Shown here piece after piece: positions 28,035-41,810 of a stretch of 64,000 bases of DNA (positions are counted from its first letter, which is position 1; every line of letters starts with the position of its first letter). The stretch covers positions 344,394 to 408,393 of the forward strand of contig JAQGDQ010000196.1 of assembly GCA_030141605.1 (NCBI GenBank). The letters run 5' to 3'. Below the pieces are notes generated by a model. It was not told where the DNA came from. It ran no database searches and saw nothing but the letters and a program-made list of their open reading frames with translations. The stretch comes from Tubiluchus corallicola. Its lineage: Eukaryota > Animalia > Priapulida. The position numbers and the translations under genes are program-made.

Positions 28035-29011
28035 GATACAGAACGGATTCGTGGTGGATATCTTACAAGCGTACGTTATTTATGTTTAATAATTGTTTCT
28101 CTGTAATACTCATTTCTGGAATGTCTACGATCTGGAATTTTTTCGTTTTGCAGTGTATTTTAAATTTGTTAACAGTTTTAACTAAGTAAAGAAGTTTTTC
28201 AACTTGATTATTAGAGCCCTAATATAGGCATGTACCCCATTTTCATTCCATATTAGAATGCCTTGTATACATTCTGTATGTATAGTCATGAGAAATGTGA
28301 CCTTGTCTTTTACTGTGATACATATAAAGACGGTCAGGTGAACTATAATCATACCTAGGTTTACCGCAATACATGATGTTGGTCTCACATTTCAAGTATG
28401 CTCGTCTTTATTATAATGTGTAATGTTTTGCTAAGTCTGGACTTTAAATGTTCTGCATTTTGTTCGAATTATTCCTATTTTAACAAATTGTAAAAGTAGT
28501 AAGTCTTGATTAAGTTGCTGCAACGCTGCTTTAAATTAGGACTGGTGCCGTAAAATCATTTTGTTCATTCAAATGTACTGAACTTCATAATATACTTAGA
28601 TATCGTTTACTACAGTAACTCTGTTTAATTCGTATCTTTGAGGATGGATGAAATTCTTCGTATTATGCGAAATATGGGTTCTGTGACAATTTGTACATGC
28701 GCATAGAAGCTCATTTGAGTTGTCAGAGTTAATCAGGTCTGTCGTTAGCTGATTTGATTGTATAAAATGATGGAAAGCAATGTGGTCTATTAATAAACAT
28801 GGATGTTTATGAAACAAACATGTTATTTGCTTAAGGCTATGCGATATAATGCCTACCTTCAAAGTAGATGTTGTTTTCTTATACGGATTGTTTGCCATTT
28901 TTATCTTGCTATAACGTTGATAACATTTGTTGTTTCCAGTACCATTTCAAAACTATATTGTGTATTTCTTTCTATTAATTTTTTTGTTATGTCATGCTCA
29001 GTTTTGCAGCC

Positions 29012-29128
<117 letters not shown>

Positions 29129-31307
29129 TTATTGTATTATTCACGTTCGTATTTAAAAGACTCACTTGACAATCAAATACCGTATGATAACAATCATGAG
29201 CTAAATTATTGTTTTTACAATGGCCTGTTGCTTGAATCTCGTTCCATGCTTATGTCATAATTTAAAAAAATATTTTCACTAATTAACTATTAAATGAGCT
29301 AAGCATGTTCTCTAAATAGTAATAATACATGTAATTGTTGTTTCAACAGAAATCTTTGCTGAAGTCTTTTTTATGCTGATTTCAATAAAACTAAAGACTT
29401 AGGAATCACTTCAGTACATTTCTAATTCAGTAAGCCGTTTTTCATAGAATTATAACTTTATATGTACCTAATTACAGACCCCTTATAAGTACAATTATTA
29501 AACTTTGCATTAAAATTTATACTAAAGTGGAAAGTTGTGCCTCATTAATAATAATTGCAGATTTGCAAGCGTATTTGATTGTCAGGGGATAAAACGATTT
29601 TAATCTAAATGAGAGAAGCAAGTAACAAATCATTGTTTTCCAGTAAACAGGTTCGATTGGTGATTGGACAAATGAGGCTGGGAAATACAAATTTTAAGGC
29701 TTTTCTGCATTTTATAGTATTTTTGAATTCCTTTTTCAGTTTCAATTTAAGAGGATCTCGTGTTGGATCTATTAACTTTTGTTAATGTTTGATAATTTTT
29801 CTTTGAGATTTTTTTGTAGACAAACGTCCCATAATACCACATAATTATAGCTTGAACCATATGTCAATAACGTACTTGCTAATCCTTGGGTTTACGCCGC
29901 TTGACCAGTATTTGCTACTGATAGGAATCGCAGGTATTTACCATTTGTGTATATAGAAATCATAATTACATTACTATGATGTTATTAAAATTAGCTTGTT
30001 GTTTGTTATTGTTATTTCAAGTTTTCAAATTGCTTTGTAACCGCCTGATTCCTCGTGTTGAAAGCACTAATTTTAACTTGTTGCTATTATTGGTTGGTAC
30101 GTAAACGTGCCAGGACTAATATCCATTGTATTATTATTAAAATTTTTACATTAAATATTACCATTCTACCTATGCCATTTTTGTCACTTTTGTAGCCTAC
30201 TGTTCGTATGTTGTAAAAACAGTTTGAAATTACCCGTTTAATTTTTTCTTGTAAAATAATAACGAGATCTTTTAAATTACCTTCTTCTTGATGATAGAAT
30301 CGTTACTGTTTGGTACATAATTTCTATGTATTGTGCAATTCTAACATCCCGGTTTTAAATCAGTATTCCCAATAAACGATTTTTTGTTATAACGTTGAGA
30401 AGTTAAGTGATCATTATACTTTCTGTTGTTATTGTAGCAGTGCACACAATAATTTCCAATCTTTCAACAGTATTTTTTAACAATATTTCAAAGTCAGTTA
30501 TTAATAAAATTTGATTGTTAGACCATCATCGTCGTACGTCCATCACGTTACATCTATTATAGCGCTGGGCATGCAGAATTTTAAAATAAAAAAATCCGCC
30601 CTCGAGATAGCTAAACAAAGCAGTAATCCAGAAAAAACTAGTCACTGCTATTGTGGTGTCTGGTCAGCACCATTTCCGTTCTCTTGAGCATCATTGAAAC
30701 ACTAAAATCTTGTTGGAGAACGCCGTTTACTAGTTGCGACATGCGTGCTGCCATCTAGGGCCTACAAAAAATGTTATTAAGCAAGACAGAAGCTAGTGTT
30801 GTCCTTCCGCGGGTGTAAACGATGTGGTAGAGAAATGAGGTATTTAGGAAATTAAGTTAGATCCGGAATTTGAACGCAAGATCTTTGTCATTCAAAATGC
30901 ACATGCTTCACCGACCAGACAAATGATTGACAACTGTCTCACTGAATGTTATTGAGCTGCTTTGTTTAGAAATATTATGCTTATTTTTTAATTTATTTTT
31001 TATTTTAAATTTGTTTCATACATGTATACATAGCATTGTATAAAAATTAAAAATACTCAACTATACTACAAAATAGCGGTAGAAATAAATAAAATATTTA
31101 CATATGCATACATACACACCCAGACACAAAACATAAAATCACAAGACAGATCACTAAAAATACAATACACAGAGGCATGAAACTCAATAAAACTCACCTT
31201 AAAATGGTAAAAGATGTTGATTTCATAATGCAAAATATAGTTTGTAGTTTGTACCAGTTCGTCCATATAACTGTATTGTGATATGCAGAGTAAACATACA
31301 ATTTATC

Positions 31308-31435
31308 AATAATATTATTAGGTATTTCTGCCAGCCCTTATATAAAGAATCCTGTTATTTTTCGTGTAATAATATTATTAGGTATTTCTGCCAGCCCTTA
31401 TATAAAGAATCCTGTTATCTTTCGTGTAATAATAT
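31308..31435. repeat. 60-bp tandem duplication (2 near-identical copies)
   Basis: aataatattattaggtatttctgccagcccttatataaagaatcctgttat(t/c)tttcgtgt repeated with period 60. Confidence 0.95.
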
Positions 31436-31547
31436 CATAGTTTGGCTTAAATAAAACACAAGCCCAGTGATATTTGGTTACTTTCATATGTTAAGTTTGT
31501 CCATTACCTTTCATCAGTACTAAACACTGTATAAACTAGAATGCAAG

Positions 31548-31622
31548 CACTAACGTGCTTGGATCCAGCACGTCCAATTTGCTCGTTTGATCTTTTTGTA
31601 AAGACAAAGTTAATGGTTTTCA
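31548..31622. mobile_element. Second copy of the left end of the 21657-22237 TIR element
   Basis: cactaacgtgcttggatccagcacgtccaatttgctcgttt aligns with ctaacgtgcttggatccggcacgtcatatttgtagctcgttt at 21658. Confidence 0.6.
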
Positions 31623-33229
31623 CAAGAAAGTCGCGGGAAGCATTTAGCACAGCATAGAATATGTTTTCCATACTGTTGGGCAAACTGTTTGTTAGACTCA
31701 CGGTTAACAGAATCAGTCGCTTAATTGACTAATAAACGTCTGGTTCGTGCCGCTCCTATTCAAATGTGTATAAAAACTGTCGGCAGTTGATTCAATAACT
31801 CCGCATAACTAGCTCAATTTTTGTAGTTAAAATAAGACACTTGCGATCAAAGAGCGTTTACTACAGCGCGCCTTTGCAAACCATTATTTTCCGTGTTTGT
31901 CGTTTCCACTGCTTCCGCACAGAAAGCCACGTAAACACACGGATACGTACTCTAATAGTCAAACCATTTTTTCTGCGGAGGGACAAGTTCATTTTTATAA
32001 TGGAGAGACTCACACGATGTAGAGATTAAACCTGGTTTGACGACAAGTTAATCCCAAATATAGTCACAGAGATTTTACAAAGGAGCTGTACGTCGAAGTG
32101 CCTATGATGCCTATGAAGTCAATAGTGATTTTAGAATATATCTTGTTTTTGTTATTAAGTTAGCGTTCCCGTAAATTTAGATCTGATTTTGCGATTGCAT
32201 TTTTTAATTCATAGTATATATTTACACGCGCTTTTGCAACAATAGATCTACTTTGCCCTGAAAATGTTCTTTCATAGTTATGTTGTTACAATGAAAAAAA
32301 CTTGTAAGCTTCAAAACATTGTTACCTATATGATAAAAACCGCTTTTTAATTTTCAGTGAAAACAATCGGTCCATTTGAATTCTACTGGAAAGCACGCTG
32401 TAAAATTGCGACTTCTCGGTACGCTTCACGACGAAATGCTTGTGATAACTTTTAAAGATATATTTGACAACAACACCACTAGACAATCTAACCAAGCTTT
32501 AGGGATTACAAAGACAAATGCGTGCCATAGGAAATGACATTAAGTCATTTCGCATCAAATAATAAAATACTATAAACAATAACTGGCAATCGGCCTGTGC
32601 TTAATTTCCAACGTGCTGAAGTATAACTCTACATAACTAATTGGTTTACTTGTCAGATGAATTTAAATTAAATCATATTGTTGATAAGTTCTTAAGGCTT
32701 TAAAACCAGTATTTATTTCCCAGTATTTATTTCACGAAGCTGTTTGTTGTGTTTGTTTTTCTTTTTTCTTTAGCGTTACTACAGCTATTCTTGTTTCTTG
32801 ACTATCACTCACTCACACTGGGCAAATTTTTATGGTGAAAAAAATCGCAAGTAGCGTATCATGTACACACGGAAACATCTGTTGACGCATGCGCGGTATG
32901 CGTGTGTGTCCAATTCGTGCTTTTTTTTTAGAAAATTAGCTGGATCAAGGGCGTATAGACCATTAAGCAAGGGCAAAGAAAACAAACGAAACTGATCCCT
33001 GAAAATCTAGAACAAACACAAAGCTGCCTGATATTGTTTACAAAAAGAAACATGCAAACGTTGTAAACTAACAACCTGTACCACTGTCTGTATTTCAGTC
33101 AAAATATGAAAAGATAAAACGTATATGCAGCACAGAATTAAATTTTAGAGATGAAAAGGGCTAGTTAGAAGATTATGGATAAAAGCACAAAGAGCCAAAG
33201 ATACTTACCGGTGCCTATTAAAAGATAAA

Positions 33230-33530
33230 TGATTATTCAGATTTACATCTTTTAAACGGTTTTTAACAAGTTTGCTACCCTGAGCACACAGCAAAGCAGC
33301 ATCGTCGACAGACCCAGGGAGTTCATTCCAGATTTAATTATTCTATTTGAAAAACTTTTTTGAAATAACCAAGTTGGCGGTGAGTAGGCTGCAACTTTAA
33401 GCGGTGACCCCAGGTTACATCAGATACAAGTGCTTTGCTAAAAATACATATTTGTCTATAGCACTGTCTCCATTTAATATAGGATATGTTGACCAAACAT
33501 ACATCGTTAGATCATACAATGAGATTTGTC
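33230..33530 (-). mobile_element. Decayed CR1-like LINE 3' remnant
   Basis: The minus strand reads FSNRII..WNEL across a frameshift near 33320-33360, the typical CR1 ORF2 C-terminal motif. Confidence 0.4.
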
Positions 33531-34468
33531 AGACTTTACAACGCTCACCAAACGAGATAATGCTACGTACATTTTATATAAAATAAACTAAAGATTGACC
33601 GATTGATTAAAGATAAAGACAAATTAAGTTATTTTGTATTTTTGGTAAAATGCACACTCGCAGGTTTTTTTAGTAAACAGGTATACACTAAACATAAATC
33701 ATTTACTCCGCCAACCCATTGTACGTCGAATCACATCTGATAATAGCTGACTTTAATCAAATTATGCAATTCAGCTAAACTTTGCCAAAATTTTGATTTT
33801 TCAAGGCACTAGCGTCCTCTCCTCACTGCTACAGTTACTACATGTTTACAGCGTGACAGAGACTACACACTACAAGTTGCTCGCGCCATCTGTTGCAAAT
33901 AAATAAAATTTCGCATGGGTGCGATAAGTATAGTACAATCTCTCTTATTGCTACGCACAACATGCATTATTACAGAATTGTACAGTTTTGCAGTTTTGAG
34001 TTACTCGCTTGCGAAGTAATTCTACAGAAAGGTTTGTTTCGCAGTGATGCTGCTATCGTTCTCGATTTTGCATTATCTTTTAATATTGTGACGTCAGAGT
34101 TGACCAACTCCCCACTTCTAAATTTTTACGAAAGAATCGGATTCCATCACATCAGTAAATGGTGTTCTAAATGAGTATTCAGGCAGTTTGGCAGAAAAAC
34201 TCAATAAGCGATTAACACAATGCTTTGCGTTCCAGATTGTTTACATACCACATGTTTATTTGAGCTGATTAAATTTTATCGTTTATTTCTAACGTAATAC
34301 ATAACACAACTACAACTAGCATGAAATTATTGCTGAAATAAGCGCCTCAAAATGTCTCTAAATTGTTCATGTTATTCTTCTCTCTTTTTATTTCACTCTT
34401 TTCGTCCTTTTTTGTCGTTCTCATCATTTCTCATCCTCTCTCCTCTCGTTTCTCTCTTCCATCTCTCT

Positions 34469-34472
<4 letters not shown>

Positions 34473-34522
<50 letters not shown>
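34473..34522. repeat. (CT)n microsatellite within a pyrimidine-rich tract
   Basis: Direct reading. Confidence 0.95.
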
Positions 34523-34526
<4 letters not shown>

Positions 34527-35293
34527 CCCACCTCTCTCTCGTTCCCCGTTCTCTGTGTCTTTTCTTATCTCTTTATCTGTTCACTCAACTCGCCTTTTTT
34601 CTCTGCTTCAGATGGGGTCTTGAAAATTAGCTCTTATGAATGCATAGGAGTGAACGTGTGAACGTAATGACAGAAACTTATGCTTTTGTACACACCTCTA
34701 CAAACTGTTTTTACCACATCTTGGCCATATTTTATATAAGTTGATTGCCGGTGCAGATGATGAAATCCGATGTTGTTAAAGTCAATAATTTTCAGTTTTA
34801 AAAATCTACAAATTAAAAAGTGGTTGATTATTCGTTTATTTTTCTTTTCTACCAACAGGCACGGGGACGTATCAATAGCTTAAACAATATAAACAATAAT
34901 TTCAAAATCAGAATTTTTTCCGTGTAATTAGACTGCGTTGAGCATTTCAGGGTATGTATATTTTTTGCTGGCTGACAAAATTGGCAGATCATATCAATTT
35001 GTAAAGTAGCCGCGATTAAGGGGTTCAAAATCTTGAAACCTATTAACTTAACTTTCTATTAACTTGTGCGACTTTTTTTGGGGAAGATATTTTTCTGGGA
35101 AATGGTTTTTTCATCATTTGATCGGTACCCGAAGAATTTTGTGATTGTCCGAAAATTTTTTGCCGAATTGGGGGGGGGGGGTGAGGGCTGCAGCTCCCTT
35201 CCCCTTCACTGGTTCGTATGCCTGTACCGTGATCTATATGCACTAAAGTGACCCATGCCTTAAGTGAGGTCATCCATATTGAACCAGTTTTAG

Positions 35294-35468
35294 GTGACGT
35301 TTAGCATCCAGAATGCGTATGCTGTTTATCTTTTTTTCAATGCGCCCGTTTATCAGACCTGCGTTATGCATTATTTCTTTCTGCAGCTATTTTCTATTGA
35401 TTTTTATTCCGGAACTATTCCGCAGATGGATAACGCATAACGCATTCCGGATGTCTGGTAAACGCCAC
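35294..35468. mobile_element. MITE, copy 2 (same family as 7806-8000)
   Basis: Shares ttcaatgcRcccgtt...gacctgcgttatgc...ttctgcag...aacgcataacgcRttccggatg with copy 1. The right end is followed by TTAA. Confidence 0.7.
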
Positions 35469-35629
35469 TTTAATGCCATTTGATTATCCGAAGCTCTTTT
35501 AAAAATAATTCTACGTTCCTCCTTGCGAAAGAATGTTAGAATATGCAGGCATAAAAGATTTGTAGGTCTACCATGTCGTCGTGTATAAGAAGACTGAACG
35601 GTGTACTACTGTAAATTAAGATACTTTAG

Positions 35630-38380
35630 ATATTTATTAGTGTCAAAAATACATACAATGCAAGAAAAAACAAGGCATACATACAATTTCGATTTTGAAA
35701 TATACAAGAAAAAACAAGACACACATACAATTTCGATTTTGAAATATAATGATACTATATACAAACAAAACAATTACTAATAAAACAAATATTATTAAAT
35801 CTGCTTGTTAGTTGTATTAGTTACTTAAATGAAACGTTCAATGATTAGTATTTAAAATAAATTGTCATTCCTTAGGCCTCATTTTCAATGGTATGATTAT
35901 TACATAGTATATTGTTCTTCATGTCTTAAAAACGCTTTTTCAACATAATCAATAAATGCCTTAATTACTTCCAAATCATTACTTCTCATCAGGAATAAAA
36001 ATTTATCAGCATCGCTCATAAGGAAAAATTCTGGTATAATTACATTGATGCGATTATATAATTTCTTTCTAAAATCATTGTAATATGGGTTTTTATAACA
36101 AAGTGTAATTGGTCTTCGATTTCATTTCTTAAATAGTATGAGCGTATACCATTTCCAGCTGGGATTTTTCAAGGTTTAACGTACCTCCCTCTTTCAATAC
36201 ACAAAGTATGAGAGCTGATTCTCAGTTTTGTAAATTTTGTTATAGCATATTTGGAATAACCAGAAAGTAAATAGTTTCCTAGTTGATATTGTTTTTTGAA
36301 GGTACGATACGTTCGCAGTTTGTTTTGTCCATCAGGTTTGTTATTATTATGGATTTCTTCTTCCCAAAACAAAGTATAATCAGTTTTTATGAAGTAGTCG
36401 CTTAGGTGAAAACGTTGTCTGGTTATTCCACACGTGTTCAAAGCTAAATACACATAATGTATACTTAACAAAAGTAGTCCAACAAAAACAGCTAAGTTTC
36501 GGTTTTCGTTATAAGCAGTGGCGGATTGTATACTTAATTATTTTAATAAAAATGGGGGAAACGGCCACGTTCTGCCCTAGTCGCACATTTGCTTGATTTG
36601 TTATCGACATTCAAAAGAAATCTGCATAATTTAATATTGGCATCTTCGCTTGGCGCACTATCAAATTTAGTTTGAATAAGCGGAGAATTGGTTTTAATTT
36701 TAGTAATGCTAGGTCCCCATACACAAGAGCCATACAGCATGATAGGTACTACAGTATGTTCAAATAATTTGATAATAGTAAGTGGATTTGAGATGTACTT
36801 TTTCATGCAGTAAAAAGCTTTTAGGCATTTGTCTTTTAGTTTGGTGCAGCTTTGCCTGAAAGCACCGACCACTAAGTATTCAGAGGATTGGACTATTTTC
36901 AGCTTATCAGACCCATAGGTAAAGTTCAAGTCTTTTAGACTTCTACTTCTGCCTGCTTTGTTAAAAACAATAATTTCTGTCTTTTTAGTGTTAACTTCTA
37001 GAGCCCATTCGCTACAATAATTATTAAGCTTATTTAAGGCATTGTTGCAATCCTGACTGGGAACAAGAAAGTAAGACATATCATCTGCATAGAGAAGACA
37101 TTTGGTTTCAAAATTGCCTAGACTGACGGGATCGCATTCATTAGATGTGAAAACTGTTGGTAAGTCATTGATATACAAGGAAAAGAGAACTGAGCTCAAC
37201 GTACATCCTTGCTTAACACCTAAGGAGGATGCTATATCTATATACCGCCAGCGATTTTAACGGAGTAATTAGCTTTAGAGTAAATATTTTGCAGAATCTT
37301 AAGAAAATAACCACCTATATTATTTTATAGCAATTTATAGTACAATCCAATTCGCCAAACTGCGTCAAAGGCTTTGCGCAAATCAACGAAATAACAACAA
37401 AGTTTATGATTTGGTTTCAAAAATTTATCAATAAGTGTTTTTAATGTAAACATATGGTCACTGGTACGACAGCCTTTTTTAAATCCTATTTAAAATGCAG
37501 AATGTTATTATTAGGAATTTTCTAACCTGTTATTAAGAATGCTCGCAAATAATTTGCTTAAGCTGCTTGAAATGGCAATTCCGCTATAATTGTTTGGATC
37601 TGTTGCATTTCCACTTTTGTATATTGGGATGATGTGGCTTTGCTTCCACTGGGTAGGATAGCAGGAACCAGAAAAGACCAAATTTATTAATTTACGAAGA
37701 TAGGGAACCATAACTTCGCTTGAAGCATTTCCTTTATTAACCGTCTGTACCAGCAGTTTTGTTATTAAAACTGTTTAATGACAATCAGGATTTCCGTATC
37801 AGTCATTCTATAATCTAACTGAGAAAAAGAAGTGTAATTTTCTTCAATATACTCTGACAATTTTTTAGTTTTTCTCCAATGGCTGTCATTACTATTCAAT
37901 GAACTTCGAAAATGTTCTACCCAAACTATTGGGTCAATGTCATCGCCCTTGTTTAAGGTTTTTTTCTGGGTTCTGATTATCTTTCAAGTGTTTGATTAGG
38001 TTCCAAAAGACCTTCGGATTTTTAGTTTCCAGTTCAGTTAGTTGTTTCATAACACGGGCTTGATATTCCCTGTGTGCTTGCTGCTTGATCTTTTTATAAT
38101 ACCTCTGTTCTTTAAAGTACAGTTCTCGTAAGTTTCTATTATAAGGGGCGCTTTGCAATTTAAAATGCAAGTATTTTAGTCGGTTGTGGGCTGCTTTCCA
38201 TTGACTGTTAAACCATTTCTTATCTGGCCAGTGTTTTTGCTGGGCTACGCGTTTATTATTATTTAGAGTATTTCGTTCTTTAATTATCTTAGATGCAGCT
38301 ATAAAGCAAAATGGAATTAATGTTATTTACAGCCGCTTCAATCTCGTTCTCGTTTACATTATAATTAAAGCAATGTAGTA
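35630..38380 (-). mobile_element. Decayed 5'-truncated non-LTR retrotransposon (ORF2 pseudogene; tentatively RTEX-like)
   Basis: Collinear minus-strand fragments: NPKVFWNLIK (37940..38170), IPIYKSG..DPNNYSGIAISS.LSKLF (37511..37711), LFSLYINDL...LLYADD (36543..37199), KLRTY..FK...KLRISSHTL.IERGRY (36169..36471). Many stops and frameshifts. Confidence 0.9.
35661..35748. repeat. 44-bp tandem duplication in the LINE 3' UTR
   Basis: caagaaaaaacaagRcaYacatacaatttcgattttgaaatata occurs twice. Confidence 0.9.
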
Positions 38381-39252
38381 TAGTGCATTAAGGCCTTTTT
38401 ATAAATAATCTCTGGATTGTGGCACGTCAAGCTTCGCTAGCGGTTTCTTTACTTGCGTAAACTACATGAAAGTGCGCACATCATTGTCTATTGTTGAGCA
38501 GATGAAACCACAAAATACTATAATTTGTTAAAATCAAACCTGTTGTAGTTTGCCATTTTTTATGAAAGATGAAGTGTAGCCAACCTAAAAGGAGAGAAAG
38601 TAGGTAAATTAGTAAAATTATGGTATTGTGTGCTTTCATTCGCATACATTACCCATCAACTATAGTGAATGATGAAAGCAATTTACCTGTAGCATAAGAC
38701 TTCACCGCCACACTCAACAAAAATTAGAACAACGTCCATACTAACTGAACACAACAGAGTAGCGCCACCTATCAATACTGGCCTTCATTCACTTTGTTAA
38801 ACGAATGCGATTCGCAATGTCTACACAATTATATTACTAGAATTTAATAACCAAGATTTAATAGACAAAATAAGCAACAGAGGAAATGAATTAAAGCAAC
38901 AAGGTTTCTCTCAAAAGCAAGTTTTGAACAACGTGTACGTTGATGACACATCACATCATGCCAGTGATTCCACGTCAGCAGCGCCGCGTCACGTTTTTGC
39001 AGCCATGTGTAAATTTTTACAGACATGTACGAATCTTGATAAGGCAGTTGTAAAGCTGCATGAGTGCATTTCTATTTACGTACTTACGCACCTCATATCT
39101 ATTTATACATTATTATATGAGGTGCATCTAGTTACGTAGGCCTATTCTATTAGTCAAAATAATGCTTAGATGCGCAGTCAAGATTCGTGTTTTCTAAGCT
39201 GAAAGAGTTAGACGGAATTTGCCAACTTTATAAGGCCTTGCTAATTTTTGTA

Positions 39253-40590
39253 ATGGCCTGTTCATCGTCCAAAGACTACTCCATAGATATGGCGGCAATA
39301 TGGAAAAGAGCAAACTGGTCTGAAAGATTGTCCAGCCTGTTTGATAGTGGTACGTTGCAAGACGTTGAGTTCATCGTAGGTGAAAAACGCATCACAATAA
39401 GAGCAAATAAACTCGTCTTGTCGTTGGTAAGTCGAGTATTTTTTACAATGTTTTATGGATCACTACCAGAGGTCACTAACACACCTATTGAAGTTCCAGA
39501 TATCAGAGTGAAAGTGTTCAACATTTTTCTCGAATTTGTTTATACCGACAGGATTCCCATAACTGATTGTAGTGTGTTATGTCATGATGGGGTTCCTTCA
39601 GCATTTGAACTAATTTATGTGGCCAAGAAATATGACGTGAGAAGGTTGGAAAGCATTGCGGCTAAGTACATTATGTCACATCTGACAGTTGATAATGTGT
39701 GTGATGTCATTAGAGAAAACTATTTGTACGAAAACCGGGACGTGCACGAACAGTGCTATCAACTAATTGATTTGTACCCGCTGGATGTGTTTACGTCTAA
39801 GAGTTTCACAAAGCTAGCCTACACAGAATTGCTGGAAATAGTTAAGAAAATAAACAACAAAATTTCTGAATTATCAATTTATGAATCAGTTGTTGGATGG
39901 GCGCGGGCTCAATGCGCCCGGAAAACACTGGCGACTTCTACTGGTAACATTCGCAACGAAATGAGCGACGTACTGTACGAAATTCGTTTTCCCTTGATGG
40001 ATCTGCAAGAGTTTGCGGATGGACCCGCTCAGTCCGGCATATTAACCGATAGTGAAGTAGCTAACATTTTCTTAAACAGGCATGGATCATTAAACAAAGT
40101 ACAGCTGATTTTTCCCGGAGAAAATAGGTGCGATTTTATGCTAAACTCACAAGACTTTAGGGGTAGGCCTACGCTTGTCTTTAGAGTGCCAGTACAGCAC
40201 ATTGATGGACTTCAACGCGGAAAAGGAAAGTGGTTTTCCTCTAAACCATGTTATCCTATTGCGGGAGTGTCCTGGGCGCTAGAACTTAGGAAGTGTGGCC
40301 CACTTACCTGTAATTCTGAGACTGAAAAAGGCCAAAGTTGTTGTTTTCATTTCCGGTTTGAACCCCATTGTGCAGCAGAAGAACGAAGAACTAGAACATT
40401 GTTCAGGGAATCCAGGATAGTGCTGGTGAATCTTGATCCACAAAAAAGCATCGAAAAAAAGCTGGCTGAGGACAAAACACCAGCTATTTGGTGGGAAGAC
40501 AACTTCATTTCGTCACGTGACTTGCTGACATTTGAAAGTGGCTTTATTATTGCTGACGTGATTACAGTTTACTTTATACCATGTGTTTAA
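39253..40590 (+). CDS. Intronless BTB/POZ-BACK protein (BTBD1/2/3/6-like N-terminus) with C-terminal MATH-like domain; putative Cullin-3 adaptor
   Basis: BTB: DVEFIVG...ANKLVLSLVSRVFFTMFYGSL...FLEFVYTD...AKKYDV. BACK: ELSIYESVVGWA..QC...IRFPLM..EFA. The C-terminus (LVFRVP...GVSWALEL...NFIS..DLL..ESGFII.DVITV) resembles MATH/TRAF. First in-frame ATG at 39253; AATAAA at 40681. Confidence 0.85.
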   Translation: MACSSSKDYSIDMAAIWKRANWSERLSSLFDSGTLQDVEFIVGEKRITIRANKLVLSLVSRVFFTMFYGSLPEVTNTPIEVPDIRVKVFNIFLEFVYTDRIPITDCSVLCHDGVPSAFELIYVAKKYDVRRLESIAAKYIMSHLTVDNVCDVIRENYLYENRDVHEQCYQLIDLYPLDVFTSKSFTKLAYTELLEIVKKINNKISELSIYESVVGWARAQCARKTLATSTGNIRNEMSDVLYEIRFPLMDLQEFADGPAQSGILTDSEVANIFLNRHGSLNKVQLIFPGENRCDFMLNSQDFRGRPTLVFRVPVQHIDGLQRGKGKWFSSKPCYPIAGVSWALELRKCGPLTCNSETEKGQSCCFHFRFEPHCAAEERRTRTLFRESRIVLVNLDPQKSIEKKLAEDKTPAIWWEDNFISSRDLLTFESGFIIADVITVYFIPCV

Positions 40591-41055
40591 CTAAGACACT
40601 TCAAGCAAATAATCATGCTAGTGTAATTATAAGAATCCACGCGAAAATAATATTGTAATTTGCATAAAATGAGACAAACTAATAAAGATTAACCGCATGG
40701 CAGCCATTCTAGTGCATGAGACAAAATTTTCATGTTGCGTATTTGTGCAAAATCGTAATGGCTAAAATCTGAAAATCTGAATGTAATGTTTTATTTTTAT
40801 AATGCAACTCAGTTGTGCTGTTTTATAGCCTATTAACTGTTACCGCTGCTGCTGCTGTTGTTGTTACTAAGACTGATAGAATTTTTTTATAACGACGAAT
40901 AAAAACGAACAGTCTTAAATTTTATTATTCTTATTAATACTTAGTCATTCTTTATCTAATTTAAAATTTCAACTTGCTGATTTATGTAGAAATGTAGCGA
41001 GATTAGATTAATTAAATTATGCTCTCAAAACAGAAAGTCCAATGGAAGTGGAAGT

Positions 41056-41156
41056 GTTTTATTAACTAACACTGATTGATTATCTCTGTAAAGTTTTTAT
41101 CGGTGATTATCAATGTATTTTAATGGCAAATAAAGATTATTATATATACATATATA
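41056..41156 (+). mobile_element. ~100-bp 5'-truncated copy of the 3' end of the LINE at 60369-63940
   Basis: ttttattaactaacactgattgattatctctgtaaagtttttatcggtgattatcaatg...taatggcaaataaagattat(ta)n is nearly identical to the reverse complement of ~60369-60475. Confidence 0.9.
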
Positions 41157-41810
41157 AGCAGAATAAAGTTGGAAACAGGTGTTTTGCAGCACATTGATTC
41201 ATTGAATGAATATCTGCACCCTGACATAAAATACTGACTTTCAACACAGCCAATGTAATATCAGTTAGTATTCAATGACTTAAAGTTGATTTTTCTTGAC
41301 CTGTCCGTTAAGAAAAGCAAGCATATGACGGGTGCGGAAATTCATTCAACATATTACAAAAAAAGGGCCGATTCCACGTTTATTCAACATCAAGTTCCAT
41401 CGGTCTTTCAAAGTTAACCTAATATCGCGAAATTTCAACATAATTCAAAACGTGAATTGAAGCGATAACTAAATTTTGACTACCCTGTAGTTCCTTATAA
41501 TAAAATTTACTGCACAGTTTCATATCCAAAAGCATCTGTGTGATTACGTATCATTTAGATCAAGCAGGCAGCAGGTGTGTTTGTATAAGATTTTGTTTGA
41601 GATATCTTTGTTTACCATTGATGCAATAGAGTTGATGTATTTCAGTGTGTAAATAAATTTGATTGTCATCAAACTACATTGTGAAAAATCGATTTGAGCT
41701 GCAAATAAGTAGTTTTTGCAAATGAAAAAGCTACACAAATACAACAATTTCCCACTACGAAACTCATGTTGTAGTGTTCAGACGTGGAAACATCAGACAA
41801 TGTTCCTAAA

